In this document: positions 12,494 to 25,835 of the stretch, piece after piece
How positions within the stretch are numbered: the first letter of the stretch is position 1
Layout of the letters: each line of letters begins with the position of its first letter
DNA from: Eledone cirrhosa
Lineage: Eukaryota
Reading direction: 5' to 3'
DNA length: 64,000 bases
Assembly (NCBI GenBank): GCA_964016885.1
Contig: OZ024764.1
Location: 22,320,001 to 22,384,000 of the forward strand
Notes under the pieces: model-generated
The model's database searches: none
Seen by the model: the letters and a program-made list of their open reading frames with translations, nothing else
Told to the model about the DNA's origin: nothing
Translations under genes and position numbers: made by a program

Positions 12494-14075
12494 CAGTGGT
12501 ACCTTGATTTACGAGTGTCCCAACTAATCGGCTGATTTTTTGCGTTGAGTTCCAGGGTAAAATTCGGGTTGCGAGTCAGCTTCAGATGCCCCGCCACTAG
12601 TTGGCATAGCGACCGCCACAGGCAATACCATAACACCCGCCCAGTATCCCATGGCTTCGAAGAAAGTGAGGGCGAAGGACAGTTCTGAGAAGAAGAAGCA
12701 GATGATGTGTATTGAATTAAAGAAAGAAATTATAGAAAAACATGACCAAGGTGTGTGTAGTGGACTTGGTGAAGTAGTACGAGTGATGAAACAGAACTTT
12801 TTTGGAAGAAGATGCCACGGAGGACTTATATAATGGCAGAGGAGAAGAGGTTGCCTGGCCACAAACCCATAAAGGATAGGCTAACCCTCGCACTGTGCCA
12901 CTGTGAACGTTGACTGTAAGATTAAGTTGCCGCTCGTTTATCATTCAGACAATTCCAGAGTCTGAAAGAAAAATTGCAGGTTATGTGGAGGGCAAACCCG
13001 AGGACATGGGTCACAAGGCAGTTCTTTGTGGAGTGGGTGAATTTGGTCTTTGGTCCTGACGTTAAAAAATATCTCCAGGAAAATAACCTACCCCTGCAAA
13101 CCTTCTTGTTTTGGACAATACACCTGCTCACCCACCTAACCTCGAAGAGTTCAAGTTTATAAAGGTCCTCTACCTTCCACCAAACACCACCCCTAACCTA
13201 CAGACCAAGGACCAGCAGGTACTTTCTAATTTCAAGAAGCTCTTCACCAAGCACCTGTTCAGTCGCTGCTTTGAAGTGACGGGGAGCACAAACTTCACCC
13301 TTGAGAGGTCTGGAAGGACCATTGTAACATCGTGATATGCCTCAGAATTATCGATATGAACTGGCAGGGTCTTACAAAGAGGACCTTGACCTCTACATGG
13401 AAGAAGCTGTGGCCTGAAGTTGTGTTTAAAACAGACTTTGAAATACTCGAACCCGAAGCGGTAGTGGTGGAGGAGATTGTAACCCTCGGTAAGCCCATGG
13501 GCCTGGACATGGATGAAGGTGACATCAACGAGCTCATCGAGGAGCACCCCGAGGAAATGACAACGAAGGAATTAAAGGAGCTACAGACACAGCAACACAC
13601 GGAGTTTTTGCAGGAAATAAGTGACACAGAGGAGGTTATCTCAACAAGTGAGATGAAACAAACCTTATTAGACAGGTTTTTATTGAAAATCCCTGCAGAT
13701 AAAAGTGAGGAACGCGTGGCGAAAAGGGGCAAAAATCAGCGAATAAGATTCAGTTATTCAGTTCATCCTTTCTCCTCCGTCAACATCCTCAAGTCGTCTG
13801 ATCTCCAAGATAGATGCTGTACATTATACTTAATAAAACCAGTTTATTGTAGTACATTCTATTGTATTGTTTTTTATATACAATATTTATTATTTATAAG
13901 TACATTTTTCTTATTTAAAAACACGTAACAAAACAAACTGTGGTTTTGGGGGATCTGGAACGGATTAATGGCATTTTAATTTATTTCAGTGGGGAAAATT
14001 GATTTGAAATACGAGTAATTAAAGTTACGAGGTCCTCCACGGAACAAATTAAACTCGTAAGTCAAGGTACCACAG
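12494..14075 (+). mobile_element. Tigger/pogo-family DNA transposon, internally deleted
   Basis: TA|CAGTGGTACCTTGATTTACGAGT ... ACTCGTAAGTCAAGGTACCACAG TIRs; MASKK..IELKKEIIEKHDQGV (HTH) and DNTPAHP..YLPPNTT..DQQV (DDE_1) fragments. Confidence 0.9.
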
Positions 14076-14107
14076 TGTGTGTATATATATATATATATAT
14101 ATGAAGG

Positions 14108-14277
14108 AACGATCAACTTTCGTCAAATCGGACCGAGGAAGCAATGTTTCCATTGGTCTTTCCAATTGTTAGTACTATCGGTCGCAATTCCAGGTAGAAG
14201 GAACAACGTGAAATAAAGTGTCTTGCTCAAGGACATAACGCATCGCCTGGTCCAGGAATCGAACTTACAACCTCAAG
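14108..14277 (-). mobile_element. tRNA-derived CORE-like SINE, 5'-truncated
   Basis: Reverse complement gives GTTCGATTCC B-box and TGTCCTTGAGCAAGACACTT core; homologous to 28950-29160 in the opposite orientation. Confidence 0.8.
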
Positions 14278-15314
14278 ATATATATATATATATATAGTTA
14301 AATATTAGACAGGAACAAAAAACAGAGGCAGTGCAAATGGTAGTTTATACCGAGAGAGAGACAGACAAACACATATATACCTGTACTACTGTCAAACATA
14401 AAACATATGTTAGGGGAGACAACTCTCGTTACATCCCCTCTTGTTTGTGATATACGTTCTTTAGATACTTTGTACAATGGAATCTACTTTATTTTGTGTC
14501 CTAAGTAGATTTCTGTTTAAGTATTTACGAGATTCACAATGATTCACGTAACCAAGTTACTTACATAGAGATATATTTCACATAGAATCACAACAAATGA
14601 AAATATTAAGTCAACACTCTGTCAATCAGTCTCACATCACATGGGGTGCCGGAGTCTCCCTCTAATACTTTCTGAGACAGTCTTACCTCGAGTGATAGCA
14701 AGGCTAAGATGCTGGAACTACCAAACAACCTCATATGTATCACCTGACACCTCGGTAAGGAGAGCTGCCAACGATAACAAGAACCTCGTTGTCAGGGACC
14801 TATCTCCTCCAAACTTCTCCAACACCACAGACTAGAATATTCTACTCTTTATTCCCTATCAAATATATTTCAGTCTAGTCATTTATCTTGTATCTGGTAT
14901 ATGTATTTTCAAAACTAACTGTCACATTTGTGAGACCCCAGTTAGTGATGTTTTTGTCTCCCTCCCACATCCTACATGCTGTAGTAAAAGTGAGGGTCAC
15001 TACTTCTGTAGACGAACGAAATAAAAGCTAAAATACCAGTAATTATCGGCAAAGTATTTATTCCAGTCTGTGATGTTTGAGAAGCTGGGCTGCTGACAAC
15101 GAAGTTGTTGTCACTGTTGGCGGCTGGCTTTACCGAAGTACCCGATGACTCTTGTGAGGGTACTTAGCTGTTCTGGCAACTTAGCCTCCATATGACCCGA
15201 TCTTACCGAGATACCCGGTGATCTCTGTAAGAGTACTTAGCTGTCCTATTTTAATTACATTTACTGTTTTCAACGTTATTTTTTTTTATTACAAACTTTA
15301 CATAAAGTAAAAAT

Positions 15315-15463
15315 ATTTTTACGTCACAAAAAAACTTGACCTTTGACATTGAAGCATGCGTAGTGGTGCAGTTGTCGACTTCCTGTCCACGTGTTAGTCT
15401 TCCTACAACATCATTTAGACAACATTTCTGTAAATACTAAACACCTGAGACTATAATGTAAGT
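15315..15463 (+). promoter_or_regulatory. Putative ZNF-B promoter and non-coding exon 1
   Basis: TTACGTCA (CRE-like), TGACCTTTGACAT (DR1-like), GCATGCG (NRF1-like), ACTTCCTG (ETS), CACGTG (E-box), then donor AAT|GTAAGT at 15458; present five times in the window. Confidence 0.6.
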
Positions 15464-15994
15464 ATTATGTCTATTAATATTGTAGATTTAAGCTCACTTT
15501 TCACATCACAAATATATATTTTCTTGTTTGTTTCATTACTGGAAATATAAAATGTTATCGTAATTATCTATATTTTACCTACCTCTAATTAATTAAAGTG
15601 AAAACTTTTGTTGTTGCTGAAAAATAAATTAACAAAACTAAATATTTAAATATTCTAAAGGTCGTTTTTATATTATGTGATGATATAATTAATATATTTT
15701 ATTACAATTGTATAAATTTACAGTAGAATAACGTTGTAAATATGTTTTAAATATATACATAAATAACATAAGTGTGTAAATAACATTATAAATTGCTGGC
15801 AATTCCTTGAGAAAGACATTACAAATATATTGTCTAAACTGTGTATAATAATATAATTTATTGAACAATAATGATAAAGGAAAGAAAAACACAGTGGGAG
15901 ATGGCAATTGACCACCAAGTGTGATAATAGGCCACACCTCACACCTTAGGGGTTAACTACACACTTAGAGGCAAGCAAACACACTGGCAGCATT

Positions 15995-16145
15995 ACTAAG
16001 GTGTTGAAATAACCAGGTACCCTCACGGGTATCACCTGACACCCCAGTAAGGTGAGGCTAAGGTGCTGAAATAACCAGGTACCCTTACGGGTATTACCTG
16101 ACACCTCGGTAAGGTGAGTCTAAGGGGCTGAAATAACCTCACGGA
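15995..16145. repeat. 62-bp repeat with internal palindromes, ~2.5 copies
   Basis: GTGAGGCTAAGGTGCTGAAATAACCAGGTACCCTCACGGGTATCACCTGACACCTCGGTAAG. Confidence 0.9.
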
Positions 16146-16699
16146 AACGACTAGATTTGTAGAAAAAGTAGGGTGAAAGTATACGAAGAGATGTAGTTTC
16201 ACAGATCTACTCACACCTCACGTTGGGTGGGAAATAATTATTTTTCTTAGATTTTTTTCTAGACCCCTTTTCAATATTTTCTCAGGACCCCTTAGATACT
16301 TGCAGGAGACGTTTTATTCCCCAGTATTAGGGTTAGGGTTTCCGTTTTCATGAAGAAAAGTCGATTGCAAACATCTAAGAGGTCGAGAAATAAAAATAAG
16401 GAAAGATAATTATTTCCCAGCCAACTGGAGAAGTGTGTAGCTCTTCTAAACTCCGATAATCCTGTCTCCCACTTCTTTATCTACAAATCTAGTCGTTTCC
16501 TGCTACTTTGAAGGCCCTATTTATTGATAACACCACTTGTAAATCTTTGTCAACTTTTCATACGTAAATTGTGAATCAGTTATTTTTAAACAAACTATCA
16601 AAGAAGTGATCTCACAGTAACTGTGTTTGATTTAATCAACTTATTCCCCCCCAAACATTGTCGACGTTGTGTCTAAATCTGAAACTATTATTAGATCTT

Positions 16700-16845
16700 A
16701 AATCAACCCCGTAAAGATGAAGGGCAAAGCTAACCTCGGCGGGATTTCAACCCTTTATGTTATGAGTTCAAATCCCACCAAAGTTAGGTCTGTCTTTCAT
16801 TCTAACGGAGTGGATAAATTAAAGTTCCAGTAATCTACTGGGGTC
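16700..16845. mobile_element. Head-to-head pair of Meta-domain SINE fragments
   Basis: 16700-16752 matches the minus strand and 16764-16835 the plus strand of the SINE at 59105-59290; repeated near 47921-48060 and 61171-61315. Confidence 0.7.
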
Positions 16846-16903
16846 CGAGATATTAACGTTTGAGTAGATTCTATCTTTTTGTGTGTTTGTATTTATAATG
16901 TTT

Positions 16904-17332
16904 CTAGAACACCTGTGACCTGTTGGGTCACGTTCCCTTTAAAAATAATTTTTAAATAATTAAAATATACAGACATGTCTATAACTTAAAATGAAATTAG
17001 TAGTTAGGCCCATGTATATATATATATATATGCGTGTGTGTATGTATATGTGTGTATGTGTGTGTGTATATATATGTCACAGACACACACACACAACTCG
17101 TTATACTTTTAAAATTTCGTTCAACAACACCACCAGCTCTCTCTCTATTTATGAAGGTACCAGAAAAAACTCATATCTCGGGAACCTGTGCTCTGATTTA
17201 CATGAAACTTGTTTTATCCCATTTGTATTCCCATTTCAGGGTCAACTTCCTTTCAACTATTTTCCCATTATGCCCCGTTTTGGCTGTATTACATTACAGA
17301 CAAGACACAATCACAGAATTTTAGGTTTATAA
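16904..17332 (-). mobile_element. Non-autonomous Helitron (intronic copy, same family as 8424-8795)
   Basis: Reverse-complement match to 8435-8795 including GGGAACGTGACCCAACAGGTCAC hairpin and CTAG end. Confidence 0.72.
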
Positions 17333-17382
17333 TGTTATAGTATCATGATAGGGTAATACAGTTATTTAGAGACCTGTGGTAA

Positions 17383-17640
17383 ATGTTGGTTCAGTCTACC
17401 CTGGGGGGTGTTAGTGTTGGTTCAGTCCACCATGGGGGGTGTTAGTGTTGGTTCAGTCCACCCTGGGGGGTGTTAGTGTTGGTTCAGTCCACCCTGGGGA
17501 GTGTTAGTGTTGGTTCAGTCCACCCTGGGGGGTGTTAGTGTTGGTTCAGTCCACCCTGGGGAGTGCTAGTGTTGGTTCAGTCCACCCTGTGGGGTGTTAG
17601 TGTTGGTTCAGTCCACTCTGGGGGGTGTTAGTGTTGGTCA
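17383..17640. repeat. 31-bp minisatellite, ~8 copies
   Basis: Same unit as 1-740. Confidence 0.95.
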
Positions 17641-17644
17641 ATGA

Positions 17645-20600
17645 TAACCTTTATAACTAGAGGCCTGTTGGTGAGGACAAGCAGGAAGTGGTGACATCTT
17701 TCTGCTACCTGTGTGACATGTCAGCTGGAAGTGGAGCCAAGTTCACTGCCATCGTGCTGTGCCACTCCACAGGTAACAAGTTTAGGCAGCTTCTCCTAAT
17801 CCTCAAGACACGCTGGCTACCATTAGACACCATGGGGCAGATTTATAACACCTGTGAGAGAAGTGTGTTGTTTCATGCCAGCGAGACCTGGGCCATGTTA
17901 TCTGACTGTCTGAATTGACTCTGAAGAAATGACAGAGCTATGATCCACTGGATGTGTAGTGTGACCATTGAGGATGATGTCAGCTCAACTGAGCTCTTAA
18001 AAAAACTGCTCAGCGACAACCTTAAGGATGTGTTTCACAGGAGACACATGCACTGGTATGGCCATGTTGTGCATTCTCTCTCAACTCATCTATGCTTGGT
18101 CGTTGATGCACATTGACATTGCACATCCAACGGAGCATACTTGCTTCATTTCTCTCCAGCCATCGCATATCCTCCACAGTTGCTGTGCATGTCTCACTAC
18201 CGTGCAGCATCACACATCTCACGCAGGCATCACAAGCCATTCGTTCTTAGAGAGAAACCCTTCTTTGTCAACAGAGGAAGCAGCTCCCTAAACTTCTTCC
18301 AACCCGTCCTTATTCTAGATACTATGGCCTCTGAGCACCCTCCTCCCATGCTAATTTGATCACCTAGATACCGGAAGCTATCAACCACTTCTATAGAACC
18401 TATCTGCATTTGAAAAATGTGTCTATCACTGCGACTTCTACTGTCAAATTTCCCTGTACATCTACTGCATATGTATTTTTCCCTACCTGTTAGTTTGCCT
18501 GCTATCCCACTACATTTCTTGTGTACCCAAAATCTGCATTGTGTACATTATAGAATTTATGCCAGTTCCTTTTCTACATATCGAACAAGGCCATTTCCCT
18601 GATGGAATGACAGTTTTGTCCTCTTTTCTACTCATCAACACTTTAGTCTTAGCTAGGTTCACTCTCAGTCCTCTTGATTCCAACTGCTGTTGCAATAGCC
18701 AGAATTTATTCTCTAGCTCCTCTACTGATTCTGCTATAAGAACCATATCGTCAGCATAGAGAACTTCCCATGGCCACCTAGTCTTAAACTCCTCTGTTAT
18801 GACATGGAGGACTATAATGAACAAGAGCGTGCTGAGGACCGAAACCTGATGTACTCCTACTTGTATCTGGAATTCCTCACTAAACTCCATGCCTACCCTC
18901 ACTTTACTGACAGCACCTCTGTACATAGCTTGCACTGTCCTCACAAACTATTCCTCTACACCTAGTTTCCTTAGGGACCACCAGATGACAGATTGGGGTA
19001 CTCTATCAAAGGCCTTCTCTAGGTCAACAAAAACTAAGTATAGTGGTTTTTTTCTCTAAGAACCTCTCTTGTAGTTGTCTCACTAAGAAGAGGGCATCTG
19101 TTTGACTCTTTCTCTAAGTTGTGCTAGTATTCTTTCTGTCACTTTCATAACCTGATCCATCAGTTTTATACCCCTATAATTACTCCCCTCCAGAACATCC
19201 CCTTTACCTTTACCTCAATTTATGAGAATACTGCTGCACCAGTCTTTGGGTATGACACCACCATATATAGCTTGATTAATGATGCATTCAACCAGTTTAA
19301 TTCCTACTTCTCTTGATGCCTTCAGCATCTCAGCAACTATCCCCAACAGTCCAGCGGACTTACCATTTTTCATTTCCTTAATTGGACCCTATAGTCATCA
19401 ATCTCAATAGCTGGTCCTTCTGTCGGGTCTACTGAAGGTAGCTCCCCTCCTATTCATTCTCCACATTCATCAGTCTCTCATAATGACATTTCCAGGCCTC
19501 CTTTTTTTTATAGAATCAGTGACACTAAGTGCACCAACACCCTGATTTACACTGACACACTGCCTTGCAATGTGGATCACCGCACATCTCTGATCTCCCC
19601 ATCGCAGGACATTGGCAAACCTTCTACTCTCAGCCTCCCTGCATGTTAAGTAGGCCTGACATCTAGCTTCTCTCTTAGCGGCTGTGAATCGGTCTCTACC
19701 CCTACCATTTTTCCAAGCCTTTTGTCTCTAATGGCTCTATCTACCGTGCTGTTCCACCACCAGGTCACCCTCTGTCTGGTTGGAACTCTGCTCCAGCCAC
19801 AAGTTTCTTCAGTAACCTGCAGTAAGTTGTCACGTACGAAATTCCAGTTATCGTCCATGTCATAGGACTCTAAATCGTCTTCTTTTTCGTCATACACATC
19901 TTGAAGGGCTTGCCTAAATTTATATTTTAGTGAAAGGTCTTTTAGTTTCCAGACCTTCCTTTTTCACACCTTCTTGTATGTCTCTCCTTGTCTCTTGCTT
20001 ACTGAGATGTCACTAACGACTAACCTATGTTGGTGGGGTACATTGTTCCCTGGGGTATGCCTTAGTATTTGACACCATCTGTCTCTCTTGCTACTTAACT
20101 AGCAAGAAGTCAATCTGTCTCATGTGCTCACCTGCTTGGTAGGTTATTAGGTGGTTGGTAGGTTTCTTGAAATGTTGCAAATGCTTAGTTCACTTGCATC
20201 ACAAAATACAAGAAGCCTCACTCTTTCTTCGTTTCTTGAGCCATAACCATGACCACCATGTACCCCAGTATATCCATCCTGGAACTGTCCAACATGACCA
20301 TTGAAGTCCCCTGCTATTATAACTAGGTCTCTGTCATTGTGGTTATTTCTACTTATTCCTTTTCTACATATGGAGCAGGGCCACTTTCCTGAAGGTGTCA
20401 GGGTCTTCTCTCCTATCCATTACCACTTTAGTTTTGGATAAGTATATTCTCAGAACTTACCATTTCAAATTCTATATCTATAGTTGGTCATCTACATAGA
20501 GAAGTTTCCATAGACAGCCAGTCTTAAACCTCTCTGTTATGGCTTGGAGAACTATGATGAACAACAGTGGGCTAAGAACTAAACCATGATGAACTCCTAC

Positions 20601-20665
20601 CTGTACCTTCAATTCCTCACTAAACACACAGCTTCTCACAAGCCATTCTTCTACACCTAATTTCT
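17645..20665. mobile_element. Composite of RTE relics (+ 17645-18070; - 18073-20337; - 20340-20665), paralogous to 745-3786
   Basis: Colinear with unit 1; ORF 18510-18944 has QVGVHQ.SVLS.LLF..LYADD. Confidence 0.9.
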
Positions 20666-20669
20666 TTAA

Positions 20670-20875
20670 CCCTTTAGTATATAAACTGGCCATATCTGGC
20701 CAGAATTCTCCCACATCTTTCTGTTCAAACTGGCCGTAATTGGTCACTTATACTTATGTTAAGGTATTGTTCTCAAAATAAATAACATGAAAATCTCAGA
20801 TTTGACATTATGAGAGATAAAGCATTTACTGTGAAAATATAATAGTAAATATAGAGTAATGTGAATACTAAAGGG
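20670..20875. mobile_element. piggyBac-type MITE (paralog of 3791-3988)
   Basis: TTAA|CCCTTTAGTAT ... ATACTAAAGGG|TTAA. Confidence 0.8.
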
Positions 20876-21332
20876 TTAATCTGATGTCACTAATAACTAC
20901 TTTTATCTGTCAGTTTAATCTAATGTCACTAATAACTACTTTTATCAGTCAGTCTAATCTAATGTCACTAATAACTAACCTATGTTAGTCAGCACATTCT
21001 TCACCAAGGAAGGCCTTAGTATTTATTACAGTCCATTTATCAATATAGAAATATTACATGAAATTTGAACTGATGTATTACAAGTTTCTGAGTATCTTAT
21101 AATGTTCTTTTATTGTTTCAGAATACCAGAGGACATTGGCATTAAAGAGCAGGTTACATCAGACATATCCTCAATATTAACCCTTTCTAATGAAAGACAC
21201 TAACCATCATTTTCAAATAATTTTGAAAACACTCAACACTTTGAAGTGATTTGGTAATATAACTAAATTTCTCAGTATTAAGCTGTGAATAATGTGAGAA
21301 ACTGAGGTGATTGATATCTTTTAGTAGGAGAT

Positions 21333-22028
<696 letters not shown>

Positions 22029-22672
22029 CTGTATCAATATCAAACTCATTACATCATACTACAACAACCAATGTGTAGATCCATCATCCTGGCTTAAACT
22101 GGGGTTAACCTTGTAGGTTTTATCTATGACAGGGACCATAAAACCAGGTTTCCATTTTTGAAGTAGTGTTTGAAGATTTTGTGTAAAATGAAGTTTTTCA
22201 CATTAAACTTTGATTTATTATACTTTAACAGGTAAGATATATATTTGTATTTTTAGTAAAGGTTGGGAACTTCTGTAATTTAAACATGCCAATAAAATGA
22301 AAACTTTTGTTGTTGCTAGTCTGACATTGATATTAATTCTATTGTCCTGTACATTGTCTCAAATATCACAGATTAAACAGATTTTAACAATAACAACAGA
22401 AATCAATAACTTGTAAGCCTAATATCTAGCTTCCATTTTAACTATTTGATATTGTTGTTCCCCTCCTGTCTCTTCAGGTCTTTTAGATTTCAACTTCTAT
22501 CTACTGTACTATTCCATCACCAAGGCAACATTCATCTGGCTGGCAGCTTACATCAGCTACAGATCTCATCAGTGGTTCACAACAGGCTGTCTGAATGAAA
22601 CTTCCAGATATCTTCTATGTCATAGCTATCAATCTCCTCCTCCTTATCATATGTATCATGTAGAACATCTCT

Positions 22673-23160
22673 GAATTTATATTTAACAAGGAGATCTTTT
22701 ACTATCCCTAACCTTGTCTCTAGGTTGTCTTGTACCTCTCTCACAGTCCCTCTAGATCTTATATTTAACAGGGAGATCTTTTACTGTCTCTACCCTTATC
22801 TCTAGGTTGTCTTGAGCCTCTCACAGTCCCTCTAGATTTTATATTTAACAGGGAGATCTTTTACTATCCCTACCCTTTATTTAGGTTGTCTTGTACCTCT
22901 CTCACAGTCCTTCTAGATCTTATATTTAACAGGAAGATCTTTTACTATCTCTACCCTTTTCTCTAGGTTGTCTTGTACCTCTCTCACAGTCCCTCTAGAT
23001 CTTATATTTAACAGGGAGATGTTTTACTGTCCCTACCCTTTTCTCTAGATCGTCTTGTACCTCTCACAGTCCCTGTAGATCTTATATTTAACAGGGAGAT
23101 CTTTTACTCTCCAACCCTTCTACAGATAGTCTTGTATATGTCATTCCCTCTAGATCTTAC
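22673..23160. repeat. 80-82 bp minisatellite, ~6 copies
   Basis: Same unit as 7230-7640. Confidence 0.92.
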
Positions 23161-23449
23161 ACCTAGTATCTAGTCTATGTTGAGTGGTACGTCCTTCTCC
23201 AGTAAAGGAGTTAATATTCCCAACCATCTGTCTATCCTGTTTTCTGATGAGAATGAAGTCAATCTAGTTTATCTCTTCACCTGATTGAAGTAACTAGATC
23301 AAGTAACTAGATGGTTTCCTGTAAGTTAGTGTTGCAGTGTTTGAGTCACCATGTAAGGTTTATATCTATTAATATAGAGATGTAGTAAAGTTTTCACTGT
23401 TGTATCTCTATTTTCTAAATATCTTAATAATGTTTCTCTCCTATTTCAG

Positions 23450-23803
23450 AATATCACATGACCTTGACAGAAAAGAGTCTTTTAAAGACAACAGAAAGAT
23501 GTTACATTCAAGTGATATAAACTTGTTTAGTCTGTGGTGAATTATGGTGAAATATTTCTTCTGAATTGAGATAAATAACAACATTTTCCTTTTTCACTGT
23601 CTGGAATATTTACAAGATGATTTTACATTCTGATTAAACTTTGGATATTTCCAAAGGAGTTTTCAAAATATTTGGATATTGACAAAGATCACATTTGATA
23701 AAATTATGAACAATAGAAATATTTACATCAACATAGGAATATTTTCCAGAAGAGATGGGAAAATCATTATACCACTGTAATATTTGTAGCAAAGTATTCT
23801 CTC
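23450..23803 (+). pseudogene. Decayed second ZNF exon (paralog of 7929-8280)
   Basis: TTTCAG|AATATCAC acceptor and MGKSLYHCNICSKVFS remnant. Confidence 0.7.
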
Positions 23804-23945
23804 TTCTTTATATGTAGAACAGCTAACTAAACACTTTAACTAACAAACTATTGTGCTATAGAATTGACAAACTTGAGGAATGTTTAATAAATGTTACAGA
23901 TTTCTCCAAACTGTCGTTTACTAACTTTAATTTGAAGCTATATTA

Positions 23946-24670
23946 TCTATATACTACTAAAACTCTGTGATTGTGTCTTGTCCGTAATTTAATACAGCTA
24001 AAACAGTGCATAATGGGGAAATAATTTGAAAGGAATAAAACAAGTTTTTTATAAATTGGAGCACAGGTTCCCAAGATACGGGGTTTTCTGGGTACCTTCA
24101 TAAATATAGGGAGAGAAAGAGATAGTGGTTGTGAGAGAGTGGGAGCTGGTGGTGTTAAATAGAATGTATGTGTGTATATATATATATATATATAGATAGA
24201 TACACGTATCTATATATATATACGTATGTGCATATATATGTATCTATATATATATACGGATGAAGCATATAGACAATATGCCCCCACACCCTCCCACTGC
24301 AAGGTGGTCGTGGTGGTGCCACAGCAAAAAAGCACCGAGCCCACACTGTAAAGTGGACATGTAGGTGCCACGAAAAAGCACCCAGCACTCACTGTAAATG
24401 AGGTTGGTGTTAGGAAGGGCATCCAGCTGTAGAAATCGAGCCAAATCAGTTGCTGTATGAGCAAGGCATGGTCAGCCGAGCAGACGCTGCCCACAACAGG
24501 TCAATTCGTCTAACCCATGCTAGCGTGGAAGAACGGACATAAAACGGTGATGATGATGATGATATATATATATACGTATGTGTATATTTTAACTGTTTAA
24601 AAATTATTTTAAATGACTTTTAAAAAGTAGTGATAAAGGAACGTGACCCAACAGGTCGCGGGTGGTCTAG
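23946..24670 (+). mobile_element. Non-autonomous Helitron carrying an RTE 3'-end insertion
   Basis: A|TCTATATAC start; CGTGACC-caaca-GGTCGCG hairpin then GGTGGTCTAG|T. Confidence 0.75.
24256..24563 (+). mobile_element. 5'-truncated RTE (3' UTR only) inserted in (TA)n
   Basis: Reverse complement of 48207-48510, ends in (GAT)n, absent from the paralogous Helitrons at 8424 and 40625. Confidence 0.85.
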
Positions 24671-25494
24671 TTTGTTACTAAATACTAGATATTAGAGGGT
24701 CATGTTGTTCTAGATGTGCTGGAAGAGCTATTCCATCTTGTGAGGTTCACACCAGCAGCTAGCCACCTCAGCACCTATGGTGGTATATTTATTATATTAT
24801 TTATTCTTTATCATTAACATTAATATAAAAGATAATTATATATTTTTAGAGAAGAACCTCTAACTTCATATAGCTTAGGGCTTCAGTAGGTAAAAGTCTG
24901 GCCCTGCTTGTCTTGTATTTTTTAGGGGAGAAGTTAGGGAATACGGTTATTGTGTGAAAGTTTTCTAAATCTTCTTCAGCCACTAACATGGAGAAGATAT
25001 TTCAGTAAGAAGGTTCACATCCTGACATCTATAGCTGTTAACAATGAGATTGGAATTCATTATTAAACAAATGTTATATCATCATCACTGTTTAACATCA
25101 GTTTTTTCACGCTGGCATGGGTTAGACGAGTTATCCTGTTGTAAGCAATGCCAGGTCAGGTGATCACGTGTTGCTTCTACAGAACAAATTTTGGATTGGT
25201 TTCTACAGCTGGATGCACCAACCTTATTTACATTAAGTACTGGGTGCATTTTACCATCTCACCATCACTACCACTTTACAGTGTGGGCTGGGTGCTTTTT
25301 GTTGTGACAGCTACATGACCACTTTACAGTTTGGACTGGGTACTTTTTGTTGTCACCTACATGACCGCTTTACAGTGTGGGCTGGTTTCTTTATGTCATA
25401 TCACCTACATGACCACCTTATAGTGTTGGCTGTGTGGGTTGGGTGCTTTTTGTCATATCTCCTACCCAACCACTTTGCAGTGTGGGCAGTGAAA

Positions 25495-25835
25495 TATCAG
25501 TAATGCACCAGCTCCAATATTCAGTAATCAGAAGAAGGGAGGTAGGCATAAAAGCCAAACTTGCTGTCTTCAATTAGGTTTTTGTACCAACCCTTACCTA
25601 TGGTCACATATCTTGGGTACTGACCAAAAGAATATGATTGGGAATAAAAATGACAGGTATGGAATTCTTCTGAAGGGTCTTTGAGTGAACTTTTCTCAAT
25701 AAAGCTTGGCTGGTCTCTCTGGGAGATCCAGCCAGATCAGTTGGAGTGGGTTGCTTCTGACAGGACCTGTTGGAGGGAGTGTTTGAGGACTCTGCCCCCA
25801 AGACCCTCTCAGGAATGACTGGATTAATAAGAAGA
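25495..25835 (+). mobile_element. LINE 3' fragment (RTE/Expander-like), internally deleted
   Basis: KAKLAVFN.VFVPTLTYGH.SW motif; fuller copy at 41445-41975. Confidence 0.7.

Noticed and set aside
14641-14835. 64-66 aa ORF MGCRSL... present three times (also 29468, 45929)
   Set aside because: Conservation is explained by recent unit duplication; it overlaps a diverged 62-bp repeat and has no recognisable domain
16326-16340. TTAGGG x2 as a telomeric relic
   Set aside because: Only two units, copied along with the duplicated block
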